A stretch of 64,000 nucleotides of DNA. It comes from the human T2T-CHM13v2.0 reference genome, Homo sapiens. The translations under genes and the position numbers were made by a program. The first letter of the stretch is position 1, and each line of letters opens with the position of its first letter. The notes below the pieces were generated by a model. That model did no database searches. It had not been told where the DNA came from and saw only the letters and a program-made list of their open reading frames with translations. Below are positions 38,398 through 51,121 of this stretch, one piece after another. The DNA lies in assembly GCF_009914755.1 (NCBI RefSeq), contig NC_060932.1; one strand, 5' to 3'.

Positions 38398-39095
38398 TGC
38401 ATTTGGCTCTTTATTTGACCTCACCGTATTTCAGTTTTCTCATCACTAAGAGTGGGGCCAATGCAATATTAACTTGATAGGGTTAAGGAGGATTAAATGA
38501 ATTCATGACTGTAAAGTGATAAGAATGGTGCACGTAGGAAATGCTGGATTAGTCTTGACTATTTTTATCATGAAAAAATACAATTGAGGCCTACTTTGAG
38601 TCAGTCCACAATGGAAGTTATCAAGCAACTCTTTGATTTCTCTCAAAACTCTTTTATTTATTATTTCTGGTCTTGTTTTACTTTTTTGTATATCTCTTGC
38701 CACTTTCCAAAAAGTTTTGGACCCAACTTAACCACAGAAGGACAAGGGAAAAAATGCTAATTAGAAAATAGAAATAGAAAATCGGAAGAAACACATGTGA
38801 TAACCATGAGGATGGATGTAATTCTCTGGGCATCACGTTTGACACTGAGCTTCCAGGGAGTCAAGTCAACAAAACCCAAAACTACAAAGCCATGTTCAAC
38901 CTCAGGATCATGCTTTCAGGGTAGACGTTGCATACTCATTTTTTGGTGAAGATAAATTTTCTCTGGCACTAACTTGTAAGAGATGTTCTGAGGGTAGATC
39001 TTATATTCAGGGGCTGGGGTTGTGTAATATATAACAGTTAAAAATACAGAAGTATTTTTTAATGATTTTGTCTTGATTTGGTTTCTTTGAAATAA

Positions 39096-39455
<360 letters not shown>

Positions 39456-40067
39456 TTTTGCTGGTATTTGCATGTGATTTCCGTGGCCGGGTCTTCATGT
39501 CTGGATCACTCACTAAGCTACTGTGGTTTAGGGCTGAAGACGTGGATTCACGTCGTGTGTCCTGCAGACAACAGCAGTTTCTCAAGTTTCACGTGCCTTC
39601 ACGTTTCCTCTGAGTCTTTGCATCTAAATGCCCAGACACCTGTTTTAGCTGAAGGAAGTGACTTGTTCTGGTGGCCGTGGCAGTCTATGGATGGAGCCAT
39701 CATCGTGGTTCTCTCAGACCCAGCGCCGCTTCCCTCTTCTGTCTCTCATCTTGTGCGTTGGGAAGAAGTGCTCGTTCGCTCAGCAAGCTTAGAGGCAGCG
39801 TCTCCTCTCCACATATACCCCCGACCCACGAGATTGGGTTGGGAAGGTTTCTCTGTGCTCTGACTGTTAGGGTGACACCTCTCACCACCTTGTAATTCCC
39901 ACTTTCCTTGTCTTTGATGTATTGGAATAGCCACTCTGTGAGGAAGGGTCTTGATCACCCTTGAACCCTGGCCCTGGGTCGCATCTAATGATCTGAATGG
40001 GTGAAGGTGCAGAAGAGGGGCTGACGCCTCCTCGAGGTACAGATTCCCCAGCCCAACCTGCGTCCCT

Positions 40068-40325
40068 CCCTCTTCTCCGGCCACGTCGCCCTCCCGGGGT
40101 GCTGGCCGTCTGCTCCCCACGGTCACTCCCTGCCTCTTCTCCGGCCACGTCGCCCTCCCGGGGTGCTGGCCGTCTGCTCCCCACGGTCACTCCCTGCCTC
40201 TTCTCCGGCCACGTCGCCCTCCCGGGGTGCTGGCTGTCTGCTCCCCACGGTCACTCCCTGCCTCTTCTCCGGCCACGTCGCCCTCCCGGGGTGCTGGCTG
40301 TCTGCTTCCCACGGTCACTCCCTGT
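40068..40325. repeat. Minisatellite, 64-bp unit x4
   Basis: CTTCTCCGGCCACGTCG anchors at 40072, 40136, 40200, 40264. Confidence 0.95.
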
Positions 40326-41139
40326 TCCCTGCCTGGGCTGTGCCCCAGCAACACTCTGGCTTCACCCACACTGGACGGTGCTTTTCATTCCGTCCTTTCC
40401 TCATGTCTGTTCTCTCAAACCTAGTTGGAATGCTGCTTCCCCGGCCCCGATGCCTGAGTGAGGTCATGCTCCCAGCCTCCGAATTCCTCGCTTGGACTGG
40501 GTCCCGGCTTCCCCATCCCCCAGTCTGTCCGCATGCTGTCCTCAGTGCAGCAGAGATGGCGGGAAGGGGTAGCCCAGGCCATCCCCACACCTGCCGCAGG
40601 GTTTTAGGCCATGTCACTGGATAAACAGTTGCATGAACTCGTAAATACACACCGTGAATGCCTCGTTACGCCACCGTCCCTTCTCCCGCTGCTTCCGAGT
40701 TGTGGGTGCTGGAGACAAGCACAGCGGCAGGTTCTTTACCTTTTTTCTTGGTCTTTAATATGAAACCTTTAGCTCTTTAAAAATAATTTCCATTTTGTAA
40801 CATTCTTTGTAATATTTTGACATTCTGAGCAAATTTCCGAACATCTGTTTTCTGGCTATACTATATATAATTTAGAAATTTGCATAAACAATTGAGAATT
40901 GTAGTTTCAACCTTTTGTTGTGGCCATTTCAGAATGAAGCACTACTGGGTCTGAAACAAAATGTTCTAGGTTGTCACTATAATTAGATTCAAAGTTTTAT
41001 TTTTGTTGGTGAAACTTGAGTTCCGTAGTTCTTTAAAGCAACCAAACAGTATTTCTCAGTCTTCAATTTATCCAGCTACTTGCTTCTCTAATGATATTTT
41101 CTCAAGAGTCGCAGCACTCAATTTTAAAAAAACTCTTCT

Positions 41140-41480
41140 TTACATGTAACTATCCCAGCAATTTCACTTCTGGAAACTTTTCCTAAGGAAATAATCATGA
41201 ATTTACAATAAGTTAGCTAAGTGGATGTTCCCTCCAGTTTTGTTTCATAGTATAATATTGGAAAACAGCAGTAACAGGATTGGGTAAATTCATGGTGGTA
41301 CAGCAATGTTATAAAAAATACACATCCACAAAAACATGAAAGTTAAGTACCTAATTCTATAAGAAGGTGTTCATACCATATTAAGTAAAGAGAACGGACT
41401 ATAAGACAGTATGAATACTTTCATCCCATTTCCCTAAAGCTACTGAGTTTGGAGCATAAAGACCAGACTGGAAGGATACC
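41140..41480 (+). mobile_element. Old L1ME-like 3' fragment
   Basis: CCCAGCAATTTCACTTCTGGAAACTTTTCCTAAGGAAATAATC, typical L1M 3' region. Confidence 0.55.
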
Positions 41481-41849
41481 GACTCCAGAAAGAGGAACCC
41501 TAGAAGCCTGATCACATCTCCATCTCACTCAGCGCCAGGCCACCTGCCTATGGGGGTCCGCACCACCCCTCACGGCCTGCTCAGGCCAGCCAAGGTCATC
41601 CCCTCAACACTCTGCCCCCGTCACCCAGGCCTCCTTACTGGTGCCTGAACTTCAGTGATGGTCCTGGTCGGGGCCCGTGTGCCCTGCAGGAAGGCCGGGG
41701 GTGCGTCGCTGCTTTCCTCCAAGCCTTCCCACATGTGGAGCTTCTCAGAGAGACCAGGCCAAAGTGGGTGCCATCCCTCCAGTGCTCCCAGCTCCCTTGC
41801 CTTCTCACACCCCATGCGACTTATTTATTTTCGATGTTTTCTGATCATA

Positions 41850-42000
41850 TCTGGCATCTGTTGAACGTTTCCTATGTGCTGGGCACTGCTGGGCGAGTTA
41901 CTCATATTAACTCATAGAATTCTCATGCCAGCCCTGTGAGGTCAGTGCTGGCATTGTCTGCAGGCTGCGGATGAGGAAACTGGGGAAGAGGGGTCAGATG
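41850..42000 (-). mobile_element. MIR
   Basis: TATGTGCTGGGCACTG...CCCTGTGAGGT...GATGAGGAAACTGGGG core. Confidence 0.65.
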
Positions 42001-43254
42001 GCGCATTGGATCCCGTGTGGGGTCACACAGAGCCACAGGCCACGTCGGCAGGGGGGCTCCAGAGCTGGGGGCGCAGCCTCCACCATCCAGTGCCACGGGC
42101 TGGGAGAGAAGATCTGTGGGATAGAGGGCCGTCCACTGTGGTCATGGCAGTGTCCCTGCACCTGACACCTTGCTGGGCATGAGCCCCTCATCTGCTGAAT
42201 GAATGTGGATCAGAATGCCAGCTGCACACTGGCAGGTGCTGAGGTGGACAGTGGTTTTGATTTTCTGTTTTTGTTTTTTTGCTGTATCAGCATACTTTTG
42301 GCTGCATATAATAGAAAGTCCCACACAAAACAGAAACTGAGGATTTGTGCGTTCTTACCACAAAGCACCACAGCCGGGCATCCTCAGCAACCAGGTTCCC
42401 TCTGTCTGCTCTGTGGCCTTCACCATCCCGGTGTAGCCCCTGCTGGCTGCGGACGCTGGTCCTGAAGGCATGATGCGAGGACGGTGCCCCTGTTAGGGTG
42501 ATGTCGGCCCTGCAGGCGTGATGGGGACACCTTTGCAGTAAGGAAACCTTACTGTGAGTTCTCGGGAAGACCTCCCCTCACATCTCACCATGTCCGAGCC
42601 AGTGGCTAGGAAGGGAAATGGGCCCCTTGCCCTGGGCCTGGGGTGGTTTTACTCGCCCTCCTGGCCTGAGCTGTCCTGGTTCTCGGGGGGCTGGGGAGAG
42701 CGACACTGGAAAGCCGGCCTGTCCTAGAGACCAGGAGGCTCTAGAGTGTGAGGGGCTGCCGGGCACTGCCCCGCCTCTGACTGCTCTTCTGAGTTTGTGT
42801 ACTACCCACAACGCGTCATACTTCTGAGTCTTACGGGACTTCTTTACGTTTTCATTCAGTAAAAAGACTGCAAGATATCATAAAGCAGACAGGGAAGGAG
42901 AAACCTCCTCTGAAAACCATCGAGCCGTAGTGACAAATGCACCATTTACCATGCTCCGCGCCAGTCACGCGATGGGCTTCTCCGCCGGGCCTCGCTTAGG
43001 CATCTTTGGTCCCAAGTTCCAGAAACAAGCTCTGGCTGATGAAAAGCAAGGCGGAGAGGCTGGGACAGGCCACGTTCCAGCCGAGGGGAACGCGGAGGAC
43101 ACAGGCGGCTGGAGGGTGACCTTTGAAGTAGGACGGGGCGCAGGGCGGGGGTGGGGGGCTCTGCAGCAGTATGAGGGGCTCCATGACGGGACGGGCAGGC
43201 TGTGTGGCAGGATTGGGTGCGGGGGCTCCAGGATGGGGCAGGGTGGGGGCCTTT

Positions 43255-43975
43255 GTGGTGGGATGAGTGTGCTCCATGGTGGGATGGGCGGGTCTGTGGT
43301 GGAATGAACGTGTCTGCGGTGGGATGGGGGGGCTCTGCGGTGGGATGGGCGGGCCTGCGGTGGGATGGGGGTCTCTGCGGTGGGATGGGGGGCTCTGCGG
43401 TGGGATGGGGGGCTCTGTGGTGGGATGGGCGGGCCTGCGGTGGGATGGGGGGCTCTGCGGTGGGATGGGCGGGCCTGCGGTGGGATGGGGGGCTCTGTGG
43501 TGGGATGGGCGGGCCTGCGGTGGGATGGGCGGGTCTGCGGTGGGATGGGCGGGTCTGCGGTGGGATGGGCGGGTCTGCGGTGGGATGGGCGGGTCTGCGG
43601 TGGGATGGGGGGCTCTGCGGTGGGATGGGCGGGTCTGCGGTGGGATGGGGAGCTCTGCGGTGGGATGGGCGGGTCTGCGGTGGGATGGGCGGGTCTGCGG
43701 TGGGATGGGCGGGTCTGCGGTGGGATGGGGGGCTCTGTGGTGGGATGGGCGGGTCTGCGGTGGGATGGGGAGCTCTGCGGTGGGATGGGCGGGTCTGCGG
43801 TGGGATGGGCGGGTCTGCGGTGGGATGGGCGGGTCTGCGGTGGGATGGGGGGCTCTGCGGTGGGATGAGCGGGTCTGCGGTGGGATGGGCGGGTCTGCGG
43901 TGGGATGGGGCCGGCCTCTGTGGTGGGATGGGTGGACTCTGGTGGTGGCTCCGTGGGGGACTCCGTGGTGGGATG
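43255..43975. repeat. G-rich minisatellite, 20-bp unit, ~33 copies
   Basis: TGGGATGGGCGGGTCTGCGG and variants at exact 20-bp period from 43341 to 43910, with degenerate flanks. Confidence 0.97.
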
Positions 43976-44645
43976 GGCAGGCTCTGGTGCTTTCTGTCTC
44001 TGTCTCGCTCCTCCAAGACTGAGGTCCACAGAGCCAGCTCAGCTCAGCCGCATGCTCCACGTAGCCACAGGGGTGCAGGGCCCCTGGGTGGGAACAGAGT
44101 GGGCCATGTGGGCGTTGGTGGGTCAGCATATCCCACACTGTGACCCGAGGAGGAAGCCCTTACCTGGCATTTGTTTTCTCCCAGAAAAGCAGCAGAGTCC
44201 AAAGCATAGAGGAGCCGAGAGATAGAATATCTCGTATCATTTACCACGCACTTTAGCTTTTTAAAAAGTGCTTACATATATTGGGTGACATCCAGCCCTG
44301 CGGTGCTGTGAATTTGCAAATGGCCTCACTGAGGAGCTCGTGGTGGCACACAGGTGTTCTGCACTGCCCATCAGCACCTGCCCGCTCCTTAGAGCCCTCC
44401 TCTGCAGTGGACTGGGATGCTCTCGGAAAGCAGCCAGTGGCTTCCCAGTGGACAAGGATGGGTGAAACCCCGGGGTTACTGCTTTGTTGTGCGGCGCGGA
44501 GACCTTTCGTTGGCTGCCAGATCTTTGCTTTCTGACAACTTTTATTATATTTGTTACATCTCTTGAGATTCTTCTCACCTACAATCTATTTTGCTCTCTC
44601 TGTATCTGGTGGTATAACGGGAGGTGAGCAGGCTACTTTTGTACA

Positions 44646-44941
44646 TTTTCTTTTCTTTTTTCTGTATGTGAGAGGGGGCCTTGCTTGTTACCCAGGCTGG
44701 AATGCAGGGGCATCATCATAGCTCAGTGCAGCCTTGACTTTCTGGGCTCAGGTGATATTCCTGCCTCAGCCCTTGAGTAGCTGGGACTACAGGTGCACAC
44801 CACCACACTTTTAATATTTTCAGTAAAGCTGGGGTTTGGCTATATTGCCCAGTCTGGTCTCAAACTCTTGGGTTCAAGCAGTCCCCCTGCCTCGGCCTCC
44901 CAAAGTGCTGTGATTACAGGCATCAGCCATTGCACCTGGCC
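44646..44941 (-). mobile_element. Alu (AluJ-like)
   Basis: Diverged antisense dimer. Confidence 0.85.
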
Positions 44942-45368
44942 TTCTTTTCTTTTATTTCTGGTCTTTTTATCTGCTAAGTATTTAGAAGCTAATTAATATA
45001 TTACAAGTCAGCAATAATTCCGTGACCTAGAAATTATTATAGTTTATTGGTGTGTTTCTTTCCAGACTTCTCCTAATTATTTTAAAAATCAGAATTGGAA
45101 ATTACCTTGTTTTTTTTTCACTTTATATTCTTTTCTAAGAATTTGCCTGTATATTCAAAACATCCTTTTATAAGTTAATTTTCATCGATGTGTAATGTTC
45201 CCGTATGGAGTGTGATTAAAACTTTCCCCTATTGTTTGACATTTCAGTTACTTACAAAAATGTTTGGCCATTGTTCTGGGGTTAATGTATTTTTTTGAAT
45301 ATTTTCTGAAAATGTAGATCTTTTTTTTCTCCAGTCAATTCCTAGGAACAGAATTATTGATTAATGGG

Positions 45369-45800
45369 TGTGTTTAGTTTCCTAGGGGCTGCTATAACAA
45401 GTTACCACAGATCGGGTGCCCGAAACGGCAGAGCGCGCTCTTGGTGCTGGAGGCTGGAAGCCTGGAGCCAAGGTATCCTGGGGCCTGCTCCCTCCAGAGG
45501 TGTGGGGAGGGTCCCCTCCTCTCCTGGCTTCTGATGGCTCCAGGCATCCTGGCTTGTGGCCTCATCACTCCAGCCTGCTTCTCTGTCTCCACGTGGCCTC
45601 CTCCTCTTCTCCTGGGGTCTCCCCTTCCATCCATCTCAGATCTCTCAAGCAGGACACATGTGAGTGCGGTCAGGGCCCACTCAGAAAGCCCCGGGTTATC
45701 CCCTCATCAAAGAGCCTTAGTTCATCACCTCTGCAAAGCCTGTCTTCCAAGCACGCTCACATTCCTGGGTGGAAGGGCTTTTCCTGGGTCTCCCTAGGGC
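45369..45800 (-). mobile_element. MaLR solo LTR (MLT1C-like)
   Basis: TTAGTTTCCTAGGGGCTGCTATAACAAGTTACCACA...ATCACCTCTGCAAAG. Confidence 0.75.
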
Positions 45801-46666
45801 CGGTTAGGCCGGCTGCATGGGCGAACGTTCCTGAGTCTGGAGGCCGTTGCCAGAGCTCTCTCTAGACACGCGCATCCACCCTGGCACCACCCGTGGGCAC
45901 TGGCCGTGCCGCATCCTTGCCACACGAGGGGAGGTCAAGGCGATTGTGCAGAGTGGGCTCAGGGAGGACGTCACAGGAAAAGTAACAAAAGAAACCAAAA
46001 TAAAAAGGAACAGAAATGGATCGATTGATCTAATGAAAACATTTCGAATCTTTTCTATGTCTACAGGAATAAAATCAAGTGTATTTAGAAACCGGTTAAT
46101 ACTCCAAATATAAGGGTTTTCCTGAGTGCATAAAAATTGACAAAGAATATAAACAGAAAATTAAAGAAGCCAATATTTCAGTTAATAAGCATTTGAAAAT
46201 GGTCAAAATTGCCAATGAATGGTAACAGAAAACATGACTTTTAAAAACTACAAGTGAGCTATTATTTTACAGATAATTAACGGCCGTACATTTTGATGTC
46301 TGACTTCCACGGCACCTGGCCCACATCCCGGTCTGCCTCCGCCCTCCCCTGCACAGGTCCATCTACCATGCAGCCCCCACGGCTCGCCGTCTGCAGTGTT
46401 TCAGGCTGATGGGAGAACAGTGTTTCCTGTCTTTATAATGAGATGTAGATTCCCTATTTCAAAAGGCCTAATGGGATAGCATTTTTTAAAAAGAATTCAA
46501 ATTGGCTAAATTTAGTTTCTGAAAAATGTCCAGTCCAAAAATAGACCTGTTCCGAAATATTTGTCACTGGGCCCCGGCTCGTTTTGTCTGAGAAGGTGAG
46601 TTGGCTGAGTTGTGGACGGTTGGAAGCTTCTTTTTCCATCAGCAAACAGGTGTCGGTAGGCACGCT

Positions 46667-47027
46667 GATCTCCGGCCACCCTCTCACGGAAAGGAGCATT
46701 TTCCTGGATCTCCGGCCACCCTCTCACGGGAAGGAGCATTTTCCTGGATCTCCGGCCACCCTCTCACGGGAAGGAGCATTTTCCTGGATCTCCGGCCACC
46801 CTCTCACGGGAAGGAGCATTTTCCTGGATCTCCGGCCACCCTCTCACGGGAAGGAGCATTTTCCTGGATCTCCGGCCACCCTCTCACGGGAAGGAGCATT
46901 TTCCTGGATCTCCGGCCACCCTCTCACGGGAAGGAGCATTTTCCTGGATCTCCGGCCACCCTCTCACGGAAAGGAGCATTTTCCTGGATCTCCGGCCATC
47001 CTCTCGTGGAAAGGAGCGTTTTCCTGG
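46667..47027. repeat. Minisatellite, 40-bp unit x9
   Basis: GATCTCCGGCCACCCTCTCACGGGAAGGAGCATTTTCCTG, near-perfect copies. Confidence 0.97.
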
Positions 47028-47200
47028 TGTTTGGCTGCTGCAAGTTTCTGACAGTCGCTCAGGAGGTGTCGCGCCATCTGTCCTCACTCGGCCGTCTCGT
47101 GACTCTGTGACCAGGCCTCATATTTTTTTCCCCGGGGACATTACGGAAGTTGGATCGTGAGGTTAGAAAAACTTGTCTCTGAGTTTCTTGTCTCTTTCTG

Positions 47201-47624
47201 GTCCTTATAGTAAGTTCATCTGACACTTTATAGTAAGTCCTTATAATAAGTTCATCTGACACTTTATAGTAAGTCCTTATAGGAAGTTCATCTGACACTT
47301 TATAGTAAGTCCTTATAGTAAGTTCATCTGACACTTCATAGTAAGTCCTTATAGTAAGTTCATCTGACACTTCATAGTAAGTCCTTATAGGAAGTTCATC
47401 TGACACTTTATAGTAAGTCCTTATAGTAAGTTCATCTGACATTTTATAGTAAGTCCTTATAGGAAGTTCATCTGACACTTCATAGTAAGTCCTTATAGGA
47501 AGTTCATCTGACACTTCATAGTAAGTCCTTATAGGAAGTTCATCTGACACTTCATAGTAAGTCCTTATAGGAAGTTCATCTGACACTTTATAGTAAGTCC
47601 TTATAGGAAGTTCATCTGACACTT
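47201..47624. repeat. AT-rich minisatellite, 36-bp unit x~11.7
   Basis: GTCCTTATAG[T/G]AAGTTCATCTGACACTT[T/C]ATAGTAA. Confidence 0.97.
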
Positions 47625-50223
47625 TTTTCAGGCCCATTTTTTTTCTCCTTAAAGAAGTGGTCATTTGCTTCTGGCTTAGAAGAGGGTCTCCCTCCAGGGC
47701 TCTGGTGTGGCCCAGGTTCTTCCCTGGTGTTCACTCACCCAGTTTTCATCTCACTTGCCGCTTCGAGGTGAGGGTGCTGGGTTGCCTGCACCCCCTTCTC
47801 CCTTCCCTGTGCTGAAATCATTGGTCTCCCACTTTTTCCTCACTGTGAGGTCAGTGTGGGCTGAATCATTCTGTCCAGTTGTCCTGCCATGAAGCAGAGA
47901 GGGAGAGGAGAGACTCAGATAATCCCCAGGCTGCCGGCTACCACCAGTGGGCGCAGAAGGCAAGGTGCACGTTGCTCAATGCTCATGCCTCGCCTTCCTC
48001 CAGCCTAGTGTGCCCGGGCCGGTCTCACACCCATGGATTAAAGGGCAGATGAGGCCTGGTCTTGCCCGCCGGAGAGCCACAGTCAGGCAAGAAGCACAGA
48101 TGTGCCAATCTCGGTCGTGCCGCCAGGCAGAGGCCTGATGGCAGGGCCCGGTCAGCACCAGCCGCCTGGGCTCGGTGTGGGGTCAGCACCAGCCGCCTAT
48201 GCTTGGTGTGGAGTCAGAAGGAGGGGATGGGGCAGGAGGTTCTCCAGACAGCTCTGTCCTTGCTGAGCACAGTGGGGGCTGCCCAGAAGATGAAGGCTTA
48301 AATTCCCTCCTGAAATTTATAAACGGGGAGATGCCATGGCGGCCAGGAGGCACTGGAGAGAGGCAGCCTGGAGGTGCAGGCTGTGCCCTTGAGGGATGCT
48401 TGTGACGGGATGCTGTGCCTTCAAGGTGGGTAGGGGAGACCTTCATGATACTGTCGGCTGGGCCCAGGGCACTGCACGTCGGGCTCAGAGCCTCCCACTC
48501 CTGCCCCTCCAAGAAGGCGACCTCTGGGGTCCTCAGAGCAGCCTTCTGTAGGCGACTCTCAGCTGTTTAAGTGGATCACCCTCACTCGGTTCCCAATTAT
48601 TATCATGTGAAAAACGGCAGAAACTGCAGTCATTGTGTGGTTACCACTTTCCTACACCTCTTCCTTAAGGGAACAGATTACAGCTCTGTCTTTTAACTTG
48701 GTGTATTTGGGGCAAGTGTTACCATGTGTCTTGCAAACCTGCAACCAGAGGTGTTGAGAAGCCAGGAGGGTTCTGAGAAGCCAGGAGGGTTTACTGGTGG
48801 GACGCAGACCTGACCGCTTAGGGCCGGATGGGTGTTGCTGCGGACCCCGTCACTTACGCAGAGGAGGGGCCCGGTATTTATGAGGAATTGCTGCTCTGTA
48901 TCACGGAACACAAACTTTACAAACGCGTCTTTGGAGGCTCACCAGTGCCGGGAGGTCAGGCCGTCCCCTGCTCTTTCTTGGGTTTCCAGCTCACAGGGCC
49001 CTGGTGGGTTTGTTTTGAAGCCCCCTCTAGGGAAATGGGACATTCAGTCACTAGGAAGAATAAGGGCCTTGAAATCATAACTACGCCAGCGAACATTTAC
49101 TTCCAGGAAAGAAGAATTGCAGGGATGCCTGTGAGATGGGAGGTGCCGCTGAAGGTCTTTTGAGATTGTGGACAGACCTGCAGGAATGAGAAGTTCTCCG
49201 CGAGGCGCTGAGAGGGAGGCACAGATGCCTGGGGGAATGAAAAGGAGCCACAGACGGTGGATGGAGAGGGAGGAAGTAGTTGGTGGAGCAGCCAGCAGCC
49301 CTAGGAGCTTCGAGTTCTTTATTCATCATTCGAATGCTGTGGGTATAAAAACGTGCCGGCTCACCAGATGGAGCCTTATCCACTCCACAGACACACTTGC
49401 GTGTCCTCTAAGATGATCCAAGATAATGAAATAGATAAATACTTGTTATTTTCCTTGAGGTCTTAAAAAATCCTGCACAGAGAAAGCTGGGTATGTTGAG
49501 TGGGGCGCCGTGGGGTCGGCCGTTTCCTGTCCGGGCGGCGCGGTGCGGCGTGTGATTGCAGCAGGAAGGGCCTTCGCGGCCCCACCACGGGCCGACCCTG
49601 GGCGCGGTGTCAGGTGCACTTCAATTCCCCATTCAACAGCCCTGCCTTCTTGTCTACCTTGCCTGGAGCCCTCTTTCTGAGGGTGGGAAGCTTCGGTTGC
49701 CTGGCAGATCTGAGTGAGGATGGAACCGCACCGCTCCACGTGGGGAGTGAGTGGTACAGCGTGGGAGGCCTCAGATCAGGTGCCTTTCCGAGTCCTCACG
49801 GCAGCCTCTGCAGCAGGCGTCCCAGCCACACCTGACAACCTTTCCTGGGGCTCACTTTGCGAGACCCTGACGGATTTCGTCCACTGTCACTGCCGTATCC
49901 CGTCGCCAACTCTGCCGAGTACTTCCCGATCTCACTGACACACGGTTCTGTTCCACACTGACATGGACAGATTTCACTGAACCTTAAACAATGGGACAAC
50001 TCTCTTCCTAAAAAATCCAGGACTGACAGAAGCCAAGACACTTTCGGCCTGGGTTTTGCATGTTTTACCTGCCTTCCTCTGTGCCCATGCCTTTCCTGAA
50101 AGGTTCAGTGAGCTTTGCTTAGAAACAATGGTTGCAGTGTGATTATCTTACGTTCCTGAAGCTAGGAATAATATTACTTAGACGTCCAAGGCCACAGAGT
50201 AGGGATTGAAAAGCAGTGTGCCT

Positions 50224-50508
50224 GCCCAGGTGCGGGGCTTACACCTGCAATCCCAGTGCTCTGCGAGGCCAAGGAGGGAAGATTGAGGTCAGGAGTTTGA
50301 GACCAGCCTGGGCAACATAGTGAGACCCCACCTCTAAAAAATAATTAGCCAGGCATGGTGGTGTGCACCAGTAATCCGGTCACTCAGGAGGCTGAGGTGG
50401 GAGGATCGCTTGAGTCCAGGAGTCTGAGGCTGCCATGAGCCACACACGCCACTGCACTCCAGCTTGGTGACAGAGTGAGACCCTGTCTCTAAAAAAGAAA
50501 GAAAAAAA
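50224..50508 (+). mobile_element. Alu (AluJ-like)
   Basis: Sense dimer with A-rich tail. Confidence 0.88.
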
Positions 50509-50848
50509 GCAAGTAAGGAAGCAAGCAGTGTGCTGTTGTAACCAAGATACATATTTTTAGTCCATCTGGTAAATCATCCTAGCAATTTGTGATAATCTGG
50601 ATGACTTTGGCTGAGTTTCTGGAAGCTTGCTCACAATATGGTCTTCTAGAAGAGGCTTTTGGCATGTGTGGTGGATACAAAAGAGGACACGAGGGTTTAT
50701 TACTGATGAGTCATTCATTCATTTGATGTATTTACCAATAACCCCCAGTGTGTCCCTCACTGGGTTTGGCCTTGAGTGTGCTTTTGTAAATACAGAGGAC
50801 AGTGTTTTCTGGATTTAGAGTCTGTGGAGGGAGATAAATATTAAGTAT

Positions 50849-51121
50849 CCTGTAATCCTAGCACTTTGGGAGGCCAAGGTGGGTGAATTGCTTGAGCTCA
50901 GGAGTTTGAGACAAGCTTGGGCAACGTGGCAAAACCTTGTATCTACAAAAAATACTCAAATTATTAATACCTAGGCGTGGGGGCTCTTGCCTGAGGTCTC
51001 AGCTACTCGGGAGATGGGAGGAACACTTGAACACAGGAGGCAGAGGTTGCAGTGAGCTGTGATTGCCACTGCACTCCAGCCTGGGCGACAGAGCAAGACC
51101 CTGTCTCAAAAAGAAAAAAAA
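50849..51121 (+). mobile_element. Alu (AluJ-like), 5'-truncated, within L2-like sequence
   Basis: Starts CCTGTAATCCTAGCACTTTGGGAGG. Confidence 0.85.

Noticed and set aside
42946-44143. Pro-rich and Gly/Trp-rich ORFs of 250-380 aa
   Set aside because: Translations of the 20-bp minisatellite.
47201-47624. Recursive-splicing ratchet points
   Set aside because: These need AG|GT; here TAG and GTAAGT overlap on one G (TAGTAAGT), so no donor is regenerated.
46667-47624. CRISPR-like arrays of 36-40-bp repeats
   Set aside because: Head-to-tail repeats with no unique spacers and no cas genes, in human DNA.
47059-47664. 201-aa minus-strand ORF with 12-aa repeats (VSDELPIRTYYE)
   Set aside because: The 36-bp unit is a multiple of 3, so one stop-free frame stays open by chance; no promoter or splice support.
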